From NCBI GenBank assembly GCA_041657425.1, contig JBBABY010000013.1:1-31317 (forward strand): a stretch of 31,317 nt of DNA. Reading direction: 5' to 3'. Numbering within the stretch: position 1 is the stretch's first letter; the number at the start of each line of letters is the position of its first letter. The notes under the pieces were generated by a model that saw only the letters and a list, made by a program, of their open reading frames with translations, was not told where the DNA came from and searched no databases. The stretch is from an archaeon. Its GTDB lineage: Archaea > Iainarchaeota > Iainarchaeia > Iainarchaeales > CSSED10-239. The position numbers were made by a program, and so were the translations under genes. Below are positions 16,588 through 24,783 of the stretch, one piece after another.

Positions 16588-16761
16588 TTAATCTAATTTT
16601 TTAAAACCTAATTTTTCTGCATAATCTTTGAAACATCTTCTACAGATATACAAATTATACTTTCTTATAAGTCCTCTTCTTGTTTTACAAAATCTACAAA
16701 CTCTTGTTCTTTTGAGTTCTTTACTAGTTTTACTTAACTTTTTATGATCAATTTCGCTCAT
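16588..16761 (-). CDS. rps14: 30S ribosomal protein uS14 (zinc-binding type), 57 aa
   Basis: Below the track cutoff. Hand translation gives MSEIDHKKLSKTSKELKRTRVCRFCKTRRGLIRKYNLYICRRCFKDYAEKLGFKKLD, with the CxxC..CxxC uS14 signature. ATGA overlap with the rpl5 stop. Confidence 0.9.
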   Translation of the reverse strand: MSEIDHKKLSKTSKELKRTRVCRFCKTRRGLIRKYNLYICRRCFKDYAEKLGFKKLD

Positions 16762-17282
16762 TCAACCACTACTTTTAATTTTTCTTTTGCAAAAGCTATT
16801 GCTTCGTCTTTTGTAATTCTATGTTTCTGTCCTACTTTTGAGATATCATATTTTCTTAGCTTTACTCTGTAACCTCTTCTCCTAAGTGTAATACAAACAT
16901 CAAATCCTCTTATTCCTAAGTTTGGATCATATTTAATTCCTGGAACATCTAAGTATTCTTTTATACCATATGAAAATATTCCGTCATTTGTAAATGATCT
17001 TTTACTTATTTTATTTTCTTTAGCTTTTAATGTTAATTCAATGAAATCAAGAGCAGCTTTTCCTCTTAATGTTGCTTTACCACCTATTGGTAGCCCAGGT
17101 CTTATTCCCCAGGTTGGTAATTTTACTTTTGCGTGAGTCTTAACTGGTTTTTTTTTAGTTACTAATTGTAAGATCTTTAAACCTTTCTCTAGTTCTTCAC
17201 CAGCTTCTCCAATACCCATATTTACAGTAACCTTTTCAACAAAGATTTCTTTATTTGGGTTGTTGTTTGATTCTTTAGTCAT
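16758..17282 (-). CDS. rpl5: 50S ribosomal protein uL5
   Basis: VEKVTVNMGIGEAGEELEKG...WGIRPGLPIGGKATLRG matches uL5. Confidence 0.93.
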   Translation of the reverse strand: MTKESNNNPNKEIFVEKVTVNMGIGEAGEELEKGLKILQLVTKKKPVKTHAKVKLPTWGIRPGLPIGGKATLRGKAALDFIELTLKAKENKISKRSFTNDGIFSYGIKEYLDVPGIKYDPNLGIRGFDVCITLRRRGYRVKLRKYDISKVGQKHRITKDEAIAFAKEKLKVVVE

Positions 17283-17295
17283 AAAATATCACTCT

Positions 17296-17985
17296 TTAAT
17301 TAATCACAAAAACATTGTTTTGTGTGGTTTCAAATTCCTTATCATCAATCTTTAATTTTACTAATTCTTTCTTAATCATATTTCCTTTTGAAATACTTAT
17401 AATTGTTCCTGATTTTCCAATATGCTTACCACCAATTAAGAAAACTTTTCTTGCTTTTTCAAGTGGATAATATTCTTTAATTGTGTTGTCTTCTAAATCA
17501 AGTTTTATTGATGCTTTTGTCTTATATGCTTGATTAGTTGTAATAACTGTTCTTCCATCGTTTGTTACTAATTGGATTTCTCCTTTTTTTGTAATTAACT
17601 TCTTAACAATCTTACAAAGTTTATATTTTGTTTCATCACTATTTATTTCAATTAATGTAATTAATGCATTTTGCTTATAGATAACCTTGTAACTTTTTTT
17701 TATTTTTGGAAATTCAATAATATCAAATAAACCAATTGCTAAATTAATAGTTTTTGCTGGTTTTTTATCAACAATTACTTCTTTGTTTCTTAAAAGATAA
17801 ATTGACTCTCTATTATTTTCTGTTAAATGTAATATATCTCTTAACACATAACCTAAACTTACAACTTTTTTAAGTGTGTGCTTTCCTGGATTTGGTCTTG
17901 TCACAAATGTTTTATTCTTATCAATCTTGTGTACCTTTCCAACACATTGTGTCTTTAATACTTTTGTACTTCCTTTTTTAGTCAT
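17296..17985 (-). CDS. rps4e: 30S ribosomal protein eS4 (S4e)
   Basis: FVTRPNPGKHTLKKVVSLGYVLRDILHLTENNRE is the S4e pattern. ATG 17985 has AGGTGA 8 nt upstream, and the track's GTG at 17997 lies inside that SD. Confidence 0.92.
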   Translation of the reverse strand: MTKKGSTKVLKTQCVGKVHKIDKNKTFVTRPNPGKHTLKKVVSLGYVLRDILHLTENNRESIYLLRNKEVIVDKKPAKTINLAIGLFDIIEFPKIKKSYKVIYKQNALITLIEINSDETKYKLCKIVKKLITKKGEIQLVTNDGRTVITTNQAYKTKASIKLDLEDNTIKEYYPLEKARKVFLIGGKHIGKSGTIISISKGNMIKKELVKLKIDDKEFETTQNNVFVIN

Positions 17986-17997
17986 CTTATAAGTCAC

Positions 17998-18366
17998 CTA
18001 TTTCTTTTTAGCTGGTTTTTTTGTAACAAATCTTTTTTTATCATTTAATACAGGTGTTGTAATTATTACATTTGCTGCTCTTATTGGTAATAATTTTTCC
18101 TGACCTTTTGAATTTGTTACTTTGAAATCCTTTAAGTATATTACTCCTTTATCATAATTAACTCTTTCAACTGTACTTGTTTTGCCTTTATTGTCTCCAA
18201 CTCTGACTTTAACAACATCGCCTTTTCTTATTACTGCTTTTGATTTAGAAACATCTTTAGCTGCTGCTTTATCTATTGGAGCAACTAGTCTTTTTCTTTT
18301 AATATGATATACTCCTACTAATGCTCTCTTTCTGTTCTTTGATGGTCTAATTGTTTTATTTTGCAT
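17998..18366 (-). CDS. rpl24: 50S ribosomal protein uL24
   Basis: KOW motif AVIRKGDVVKVRVGDNKGKTSTVERV. Canonical position between rpl14 and rps4e. Confidence 0.92.
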   Translation of the reverse strand: MQNKTIRPSKNRKRALVGVYHIKRKRLVAPIDKAAAKDVSKSKAVIRKGDVVKVRVGDNKGKTSTVERVNYDKGVIYLKDFKVTNSKGQEKLLPIRAANVIITTPVLNDKKRFVTKKPAKKK

Positions 18367-18379
18367 TTTAATTTCACCT

Positions 18380-18778
18380 TTAAATTACTGAACTTGCAAG
18401 ACCTGCAATCTTAGGATATCTTTCTCCAACTTCTTTAGCAACACAACCTTTAATTTCAGAACCTTTTGGAAAACCTTTAGGATCAGTTAAAACAACTGCG
18501 TTGTCTTCAAAGCAAACTCTCCAGCCATTTTTTCTTCTGTATTCTTTTCTTACTCTTACAACCACTGCTCTTTCCATTTTCTTCTTCATAGTTGGTTTAC
18601 CTTTCTTAATAACAACATTAAGTAAAGAAGCAATACCTGCTGTTTGAACTCCTTTTCTTCTAGTTTTAATTTTAATTACAGAAATAATCTCAATTTCCTT
18701 AGCACCACTATTGTCTGTACAGAAACATCTAGAGCCCGTCTGAAGGCCTCTTGTTACATTTGCACTTATTTGCTTCAT
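18380..18778 (-). CDS. rpl14: 50S ribosomal protein uL14
   Basis: GLQTGSRCFCTDNSGAKEIEIISV...AVVLTDPKGFPKGSEIKG matches uL14. Confidence 0.93.
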   Translation of the reverse strand: MKQISANVTRGLQTGSRCFCTDNSGAKEIEIISVIKIKTRRKGVQTAGIASLLNVVIKKGKPTMKKKMERAVVVRVRKEYRRKNGWRVCFEDNAVVLTDPKGFPKGSEIKGCVAKEVGERYPKIAGLASSVI

Positions 18779-19143
18779 TCTTTATCACTCTCTACTTTTT
18801 CTTCGTATTTGTCTTCTTCACTATCTGTAATGTCTTCTAAGTGGCTTATTTGTCCTACTTTCTTTAATATTACAAATGATTTAGTTTTACTTAATTTTTT
18901 AGTTTCTCCAACTAAAACAACATCTCCAATCTTAACATCCATACATTCTGGACAATGAACTGGAAGTTTTACAGTTTTCTTCATGTATCTTTCGTACTTT
19001 CTAATGTACTTTGTTTTTTCCATTTGAATAACTGCGGTTTTAAGTGCTTTCTTCTTGACTACAATTCCTTGTAAGGATTGGCCTCTTACACTTATTTGTC
19101 CATGAACTGGGCAGTTTTTATCGTGACATGTTTTACTATCCAT
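18775..19143 (-). CDS. rps17: 30S ribosomal protein uS17 with acidic C-terminal tail
   Basis: CHDKNCPVHGQISVRGQSLQGIVVKKKALKTAVIQ..VKIGDVVLVGETKKLSKTKSFVILK matches uS17. Tail is DITDSEEDKYEEKVESDKE. Confidence 0.92.
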   Translation of the reverse strand: MDSKTCHDKNCPVHGQISVRGQSLQGIVVKKKALKTAVIQMEKTKYIRKYERYMKKTVKLPVHCPECMDVKIGDVVLVGETKKLSKTKSFVILKKVGQISHLEDITDSEEDKYEEKVESDKE

Positions 19144-19149
19144 AATTTT

Positions 19150-19341
19150 TCACTTGCTTGTAATTTCTAAATTAATTATTTCATTATTTTTTATTATTAT
19201 TATTTTTTCTTTATTTCTTAATTTTAATAATTCTTTTGTTTGGTAAATGGCTAATCCTTTTGCTCCAATCTTTGTTTTGTCAGTTGAGTTTTTTATTAAA
19301 ACTTCTTTTCCTATAAGATCAGAATATTTTACATTAAGCAT
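19150..19341 (-). CDS. rnp1: RNase P protein component 1 (Rpp29/Pop4 homolog), minimal 63-aa form
   Basis: LIGKEVLIKNSTDKTKIGAKGLAIYQTKELLKL fits the Rpp29 Sm-like core. Canonical position between SUI1 and rps17. ATG 19341 (GGAG upstream) is preferred over the track's TTG. Confidence 0.72.
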   Translation of the reverse strand: MLNVKYSDLIGKEVLIKNSTDKTKIGAKGLAIYQTKELLKLRNKEKIIIIKNNEIINLEITSK

Positions 19342-19636
19342 CAATTAATTCTCCAAGATATCCTTTTTCAATTAATAATTTTTTTATTCTTTCTTTTTGC
19401 TCGCCTTGTAGTTCAATAATATTATTCTTTACTGTTCCACCGCAAGCTAATTTCTTTTTTAAATATTTTAATACATCTTGTTGTTCAGGAAGTTCTGAAA
19501 ACCCTGAAATCAATGTTGCATATTTTTTAAATTTCTTTCTTTCTGTTCTTATTTTTATTTGTTGAGTTTCTTTAACTCTAATATCACAAGTACAGATTGT
19601 TTTTGGTAAATGACATACGTTACAAATCTCAGCCAT
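19334..19636 (-). CDS. Translation initiation factor aSUI1 (eIF1 homolog)
   Basis: MAEICNVCHLPKTICTCD...KKYATLISGF...LKKKLACGGTVKNNIIELQGEQKERIKKLL matches SUI1. ATG 19636 with GAGGTG upstream is preferred over the track's GTG at 19651. Confidence 0.88.
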   Translation of the reverse strand: MAEICNVCHLPKTICTCDIRVKETQQIKIRTERKKFKKYATLISGFSELPEQQDVLKYLKKKLACGGTVKNNIIELQGEQKERIKKLLIEKGYLGELIDA

Positions 19637-19654
19637 AACTTTAACTAACACCTC

Positions 19655-19915
19655 TTATTTCTTTTTCTCCTTAACTTGTTTAGCTGGAGCAATTGATTTT
19701 ACAATTTGCTTTGTTTCTTCATTTCTAAAGATTTGGTTTTTCTTTGTAAGTAATCTTGCAATTTGTTTCTTTAAAGTAATCTTCTTACTTGGGTTAGTTG
19801 ATTTTGTTTTAGATGCAAGAAGTCCTTTCTCTTTTGCTAAATCTAATTTTAAATCTCTAACTTTATTTTCAATTTCTTGAATTGAATTAAGAGTTACTGC
19901 GTTTTTCTTTGTCAT
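19655..19915 (-). CDS. rpl29: 50S ribosomal protein uL29
   Basis: Small helical protein with LNSIQEIENKVRDLKLDLAKEKG..., in the canonical position after rps3. Confidence 0.88.
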   Translation of the reverse strand: MTKKNAVTLNSIQEIENKVRDLKLDLAKEKGLLASKTKSTNPSKKITLKKQIARLLTKKNQIFRNEETKQIVKSIAPAKQVKEKKK

Positions 19916-19919
19916 CTAA

Positions 19920-20750
19920 TCACTCTTTAATTTCTTCTTCTGTTTCTTTTTTTTCAGCTACTTTTTTTACTCTTGGTTTTTTTTCTACAGGCTTTTCTTC
20001 TGCAGATTTTTCAGCCTTTATTTTTGTTTCTGCTTTCTTTTCTGTAGCTTTCTTTTTTTCTTCTACTTTTTCTTTAGTATCTTTAAGTGTTTTTTCAACT
20101 TCGTCTTCTCTGATTTCTAATCTCTTTTGTTCTCTTGCTAATTTGAATCTATGAGATAATTCTTTAACATCTATCTTATCTGAGAAAACTGTGCCTGGAT
20201 GAACTATTCTAAGTCTTATTCCAATTGTTCCAAGACCTGGAAATGTTGTTCTTTTTTCAAATGCTACAAGATCTTTTTGAGATCCTGCTTTCTTTAAGTA
20301 TCCAAATGCATATCTTGATGATCTTTTTCTTTGACCTTTTCCTGCAGTGTTTCCTTTTGCTACAATTTCTGCACCAACAGCGCCTGCCGCTTTCATTCCA
20401 GTCATTGCTCTATATACTGCTGACTTCCAAGCAACGCCTCTAGAGATATCATTTGCTAAATTTTCAATTATTACTTTTGGATCTAAATCTCTATTTTGGA
20501 TTTCTCCAATTTCTATATGAACTTTATTTAAACCAAAATCCTTTTCTAAATCTTCAGTTAATGCTTTAATATTATATCCACTTTTTCCGATTACAAAACC
20601 TGGTCTTAATGCGTATATTACAACTCTTGTGGAGATTGGAGATTTAATAACTTCTACATCAATAAATCCTGATTGTCTAATTTTCTTTTGTAAGTATTGA
20701 GCAATTGCCATCTTTTTAAGTTTGTCTTTAACAAAAACATTTTCCTTCAT
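19920..20750 (-). CDS. rps3: 30S ribosomal protein uS3 with Lys/Glu-rich C-terminal tail
   Basis: KH-domain core VEVIKSPISTRVVIYALRPGFVIGKSGYNIKALTEDLEK. ATG 20750 (MKENVF..) has GGAGG 12 nt upstream, whereas the track's TTG at 20771 overlaps rpl22. Confidence 0.92.
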   Translation of the reverse strand: MKENVFVKDKLKKMAIAQYLQKKIRQSGFIDVEVIKSPISTRVVIYALRPGFVIGKSGYNIKALTEDLEKDFGLNKVHIEIGEIQNRDLDPKVIIENLANDISRGVAWKSAVYRAMTGMKAAGAVGAEIVAKGNTAGKGQRKRSSRYAFGYLKKAGSQKDLVAFEKRTTFPGLGTIGIRLRIVHPGTVFSDKIDVKELSHRFKLAREQKRLEIREDEVEKTLKDTKEKVEEKKKATEKKAETKIKAEKSAEEKPVEKKPRVKKVAEKKETEEEIKE

Positions 20751-20757
20751 GTTAATC

Positions 20758-21231
20758 TTAAGCCTCCACAACTATAACTTCAACATTTGTTGATTTTGAT
20801 TCTCTGGTCTTACCGCCAATTCTTCCCATTGGTTGTAATTTCTGTCTTGTAACACCTTTTGTTGCAAACATTGATTCTATTTTTAATTTTTCAGTATCCA
20901 TATTTTTATTTTCTGCATTTGCCTTTGCTTCTTGGATTAATTCTCTTACGTACTTTGAACACTTGACTGGATATCTTCCAATTGTTGTTCCTCTTTTACT
21001 TTGTCCTTTTCTATTTGGAACTTTTTTTGCATATTTTACAAGAGGCAAAAAGTCTTTCTTTGCTTCTATGTCTACTAAGATCTTTAATGCTTTTTTTACT
21101 GGCATATCTCTAAAATAATTTCCGAATTCTGTTGCATATTTAACAGAGATTGGAGCGTTATGCTTAGATGCTCTTGCAGACTTCTTAGGATCCAATTTTT
21201 TTTGGTAATTGTAATTATGATCTGATGACAT
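20758..21231 (-). CDS. rpl22: 50S ribosomal protein uL22
   Basis: PISVKYATEFGNYFRDMPVKKALKIL...GRYPVKCSKYVRELIQEAKANAE matches uL22. Confidence 0.92.
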   Translation of the reverse strand: MSSDHNYNYQKKLDPKKSARASKHNAPISVKYATEFGNYFRDMPVKKALKILVDIEAKKDFLPLVKYAKKVPNRKGQSKRGTTIGRYPVKCSKYVRELIQEAKANAENKNMDTEKLKIESMFATKGVTRQKLQPMGRIGGKTRESKSTNVEVIVVEA

Positions 21232-21245
21232 ATTTTTTCACACTT

Positions 21246-21629
21246 TCACTTTCTTGCAGCAACTGCAGTACTTGACTTTGTAGCACCGATTCCTGCTTTT
21301 CCATGTCTTATTCTTCTTCTAGTAAATGCGAATTCGCCTAAATAATGTGCAAGCATATCAGGAACTATATCAACTTGAATAAATTCCTTTCCATTGTACA
21401 CATATATTGTTTTACCAATCATCTTAGGTGTAACTACCATATCTCTTTTATGTGTTCTTATTTTCTTTGTTGGATTTACATTTTTTTCTATATCTTCATA
21501 GAAAATATCACTATGGTTTCTTGCTAAATGTCTTTTTGCTCTTGATCCTGCAATGTTTGCAAATTCAAGTAATGACATCTTCTGTAATTGTTCTAGAGTG
21601 TGTCCTCTAAATTTAAATTCTTCTGCCAT
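21246..21629 (-). CDS. rps19: 30S ribosomal protein uS19
   Basis: IGKTIYVYNGKEFIQVDIVPDMLAHYLGEFAFTRRRIRHG matches uS19. Confidence 0.93.
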   Translation of the reverse strand: MAEEFKFRGHTLEQLQKMSLLEFANIAGSRAKRHLARNHSDIFYEDIEKNVNPTKKIRTHKRDMVVTPKMIGKTIYVYNGKEFIQVDIVPDMLAHYLGEFAFTRRRIRHGKAGIGATKSSTAVAARK

Positions 21630-21648
21630 GTTTACACCGTTTAATTAT

Positions 21649-22353
21649 TTATTTCTTCTTTCTTCCTGTTCTCTTTGAAGCGATTGCACCAACCATTCTT
21701 CCTGCAGGAGCATGTCTTGAAGTTGATTTAGAGTGACCAACGTGATGTTGTGATCCACCGAAAGGGTGATCTACAGGATTCATTGCTACACCTCTAACTC
21801 TTGGATACTTCTTTCCTTTTGCAGCCATTGCTTTAAACTTTGCACCAGCTGTTACATAAGGCTTTGTACTTCTTCCGCCACCAGCAATTGTTCCAATTGT
21901 TGCTCTTGCATCAAGTGGTAATTGTTTTAATTTTCCTGATGGTAATTTTATTGTTGCTTTTTCTTTTCTATTGACAAGGATTGCGGTTTGTCCGCCTGCT
22001 CTTACAAACTTTCCACCGTCTCCAAAGTTTTTCTCAATATTAAATATTGTTGTTCCTGGTTCTATTTCCCCTAATGGTAAAACATTTCCTGTTGTCTTTT
22101 TTGCACCTGGCCCAAATTCTAATTTTTGTCCTGTAACTAATCCTTCTGCACAGATTACATATTCTTTTGTTCCATCTGTCATTAAGATTTCAGCAACTGG
22201 AGCTGATCTTATTGGGTCTGTGACCATATCTATAACTTGGCCAACTTCTAAGTTTTTATTAGTTCTATAATTAATATCAAACTTTGCATCATTAGTTGCA
22301 GTGTATACTGGTCCACCTTTTCCTCTTCTCTGGCTTTTTAAACGTCTACCCAT
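21649..22353 (-). CDS. rpl2: 50S ribosomal protein uL2
   Basis: MGRRLKSQRRGKGGPVY...VRGVAMNPVDHPFGGSQHHVGHSKSTSR matches uL2. Confidence 0.95.
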   Translation of the reverse strand: MGRRLKSQRRGKGGPVYTATNDAKFDINYRTNKNLEVGQVIDMVTDPIRSAPVAEILMTDGTKEYVICAEGLVTGQKLEFGPGAKKTTGNVLPLGEIEPGTTIFNIEKNFGDGGKFVRAGGQTAILVNRKEKATIKLPSGKLKQLPLDARATIGTIAGGGRSTKPYVTAGAKFKAMAAKGKKYPRVRGVAMNPVDHPFGGSQHHVGHSKSTSRHAPAGRMVGAIASKRTGRKKK

Positions 22354-22367
22354 TTTTAATCACGAAT

Positions 22368-22637
22368 TTATATTATTCCTAGTTTATTAGCTAAATCTTG
22401 AGCACTAAATCCTTTCTTTAAAGTTACAAATGCTTTCTTTCTATTTTTTCTATCAAATAATACATTTACTGTTTTTACTTTAACTGCATATAATTTTTCA
22501 ACAGCTTCTTTGATTGCTTTTTTTGTTGATGCTTTGTTTACAACAAAAGTTACTCTATTAGTTGTTGAAATCATATTTACTGTTTTTTCTGTAATAACAG
22601 GATATTCGATTACTTCGTAGTATTCTAATGTTTTCAT
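22368..22637 (-). CDS. rpl23: 50S ribosomal protein uL23
   Basis: IEYPVITEKTVNMISTTNRVTFVVNKASTKKAIKEAVEKLYAVKV matches uL23. Confidence 0.92.
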   Translation of the reverse strand: MKTLEYYEVIEYPVITEKTVNMISTTNRVTFVVNKASTKKAIKEAVEKLYAVKVKTVNVLFDRKNRKKAFVTLKKGFSAQDLANKLGII

Positions 22638-22643
22638 AACTTA

Positions 22644-23453
22644 TCACTTATTAAATCTAGTTTTTAATTCCTCAATTGCTGCTTGGCTATAAATTGTAAG
22701 TCTTCCAGCATGTGTTCCTGGAGCTAATTCCTTAATTGATAATTGTCTTGCACAAACCACATCTGCACCTTCAAGGTTTGCAAATGCTTTGTAGTTTTTA
22801 CTGTCTGCAAGAACGAATAAAATACTTTTTCTCTTTTTGTATTTTCTTCCTCTCATCTTTCCTTTTCCTGCTCTTACTGTTTTCTTGTCCTTTGCTTTAA
22901 TAATATCTTTATCTAATCCAAACTTTTCAAGAATTGTATAAATTTGAGAAGTCTTTGTTAATGTTTCTAGTTTATTATCAAAGATAATTGGTAATGTGAT
23001 TTTCTCAGGAAGTATGTGTCCTCTATCAGCAACAAGTATTCTACTTGCTGTTGCTGCAACTGCAGAGATTATTGCTTTTGTTCTTTCCTTTGAATTAATC
23101 TTTCTAATTAATACGTCTGCAACCTTAGGAGGATGTGCCTTTGGTCCACCAACAGCTTGACTAACTCTCATTACTCTTCCAGCCATTAACACTCTTTTGT
23201 TCTTGGTTCTTGGAAGTCTTGCTTTCCCTGTGTTGATTGTAATATTAGCTTTGTTTTCCTTTCTTCTACCCCTATATTCTGCAGTGTAACCTCTGTTTGA
23301 ATAAGGAGAAACCCCCATAGCCTGATAATCTCTTGACTGACTTGAGATTACTGCTCTTTTGATTAAGTCAGGCCTATAGTCTTCTGCAAAGTATTCAGGT
23401 AAGTCCATTTCCTTTATTACTTTTCCTTCTAAGTCATAAATATTTGCTTTCAT
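22644..23453 (-). CDS. rpl4: 50S ribosomal protein uL4
   Basis: 269 aa. ..SRDYQAMGVSPYSNRGYTAEYRGRRKE..ARLPRTKNKR..GGPKAHPPK is the archaeal L4 pattern. Positioned between rpl3 and rpl23. Confidence 0.92.
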   Translation of the reverse strand: MKANIYDLEGKVIKEMDLPEYFAEDYRPDLIKRAVISSQSRDYQAMGVSPYSNRGYTAEYRGRRKENKANITINTGKARLPRTKNKRVLMAGRVMRVSQAVGGPKAHPPKVADVLIRKINSKERTKAIISAVAATASRILVADRGHILPEKITLPIIFDNKLETLTKTSQIYTILEKFGLDKDIIKAKDKKTVRAGKGKMRGRKYKKRKSILFVLADSKNYKAFANLEGADVVCARQLSIKELAPGTHAGRLTIYSQAAIEELKTRFNK

Positions 23454-23477
23454 ATTTGCATCAATACCTTTTTAATT

Positions 23478-24464
23478 TTACTTATTAATATAGCTAATAT
23501 CTGTTAATTCTAACTTTAATTTTTGTGGTCTTGTTGTGTGTCTTAATACTACAACTCTATTTGTTGTTCCTGGAGTACTTCCAGCAACTAGAACGTATTT
23601 ATTTTTTAATACGCCGTAATTCTTTAATCCACCTTTTCTATTTACTTTTGTAATATCAGAATCAATCATTAATAATTTTTTATTAGTTTCTGTTCTATTA
23701 TGAAAACCATATTGTCCTGCTCTTGCTACAGTAAACATAATTGTAGAAGGATTCCAAGGATTAATACTTCCAACATGTCTTTGAGATTTATTTGCTTTTC
23801 TTCTTTGAATCTTTACATTAAATCTTTCAACAACACCTGTTGTTCCATAACCTGTGGTTATGCTTTTAACATCTAAGTAATCATCTGCTTTAAATACTTC
23901 ATCAACTGAGATTACTTTATTAAATTTTTCTTTTAAATAAGCTATTTGTTCATCGTATGTTCCAGATAAAGGGATTTCTACGATAACTGGTTTTTTCTGT
24001 CCAGATCCTGTTGCCTTATAGTTAACCATTGCAATTAATGTTAAAGAATCAGCTTTATCTTTATTTTTTAAAACATCTTCTAGAACTGGCGCTATTTTTT
24101 GTTTCTTTCCTGTTACTCTCTTTTTAAAATCAGTATCTTGGTGAGTAAATTCAAATGTTGCTGCTTTTCCTGCATTAACATTATATCCTTTATAGAATCT
24201 TGCTCCGACAACCTTAAGATCAGGAGTTTCAATAATTGTTACTGGAACTGAAATTTCTTGACCATAAGAAGAAGCGCCTTTTTTTGCATTCTTGCCCATT
24301 ACAAAAGTACTTCCTGCTTTTATAGCAAAAAAACAAAGCGGTTTACATCCTTTAATATCTTTTGCGACATTACCAAAAGAAGTAAACTTAGGAATAATAC
24401 TAGCTGCTCTAACTCTTGGATAGAAAGCCATAGAACCTGCGTGAGGTTTATTATCATGCGTCAT
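23478..24464 (-). CDS. rpl3: 50S ribosomal protein uL3 (first gene of the superoperon)
   Basis: KPHAGSMAFYPRVRAASIIP...GYGTTGVVERFNVKIQRRKANKSQRHVGSINPWNP matches archaeal uL3. No GGTGA upstream, unlike the internal genes. Confidence 0.93.
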   Translation of the reverse strand: MTHDNKPHAGSMAFYPRVRAASIIPKFTSFGNVAKDIKGCKPLCFFAIKAGSTFVMGKNAKKGASSYGQEISVPVTIIETPDLKVVGARFYKGYNVNAGKAATFEFTHQDTDFKKRVTGKKQKIAPVLEDVLKNKDKADSLTLIAMVNYKATGSGQKKPVIVEIPLSGTYDEQIAYLKEKFNKVISVDEVFKADDYLDVKSITTGYGTTGVVERFNVKIQRRKANKSQRHVGSINPWNPSTIMFTVARAGQYGFHNRTETNKKLLMIDSDITKVNRKGGLKNYGVLKNKYVLVAGSTPGTTNRVVVLRHTTRPQKLKLELTDISYINK

Positions 24465-24783
24465 AATTCATCTTATTTTGTAAATTTTATTTAATTATTT
24501 AAATTTAAATCCTGCAGAAGTAGAAGAAATCAAGAGATAATCTCTAGAATAATCTTCTGCATTTAAATGTTGGTTAATGGCAGTTATCCATTTATTTTGG
24601 TACCAACAAGCAGTCTACAGAAAGCTTTTTATTGCCAAAAATCAAACAAAAGAACTTTGTTTGCTTAAATAAGGTCAATTTAAGGTCTTTTTTCTTTAAC
24701 CTGTCAACAGCCTTAGCCGTTTAACAAATTAAAAATATAATATATAGAATAATTATAGATGCAAAAGGTTTATAAAAGGAAAG

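Noticed and set aside
24563-24700. Small ORFs in the rpl3 upstream spacer (a 33-aa plus-strand ORF starting with ATG and a 28-aa minus-strand ORF starting with TTG)
   Set aside because: They have no SD, no recognisable motif and a length expected by chance.
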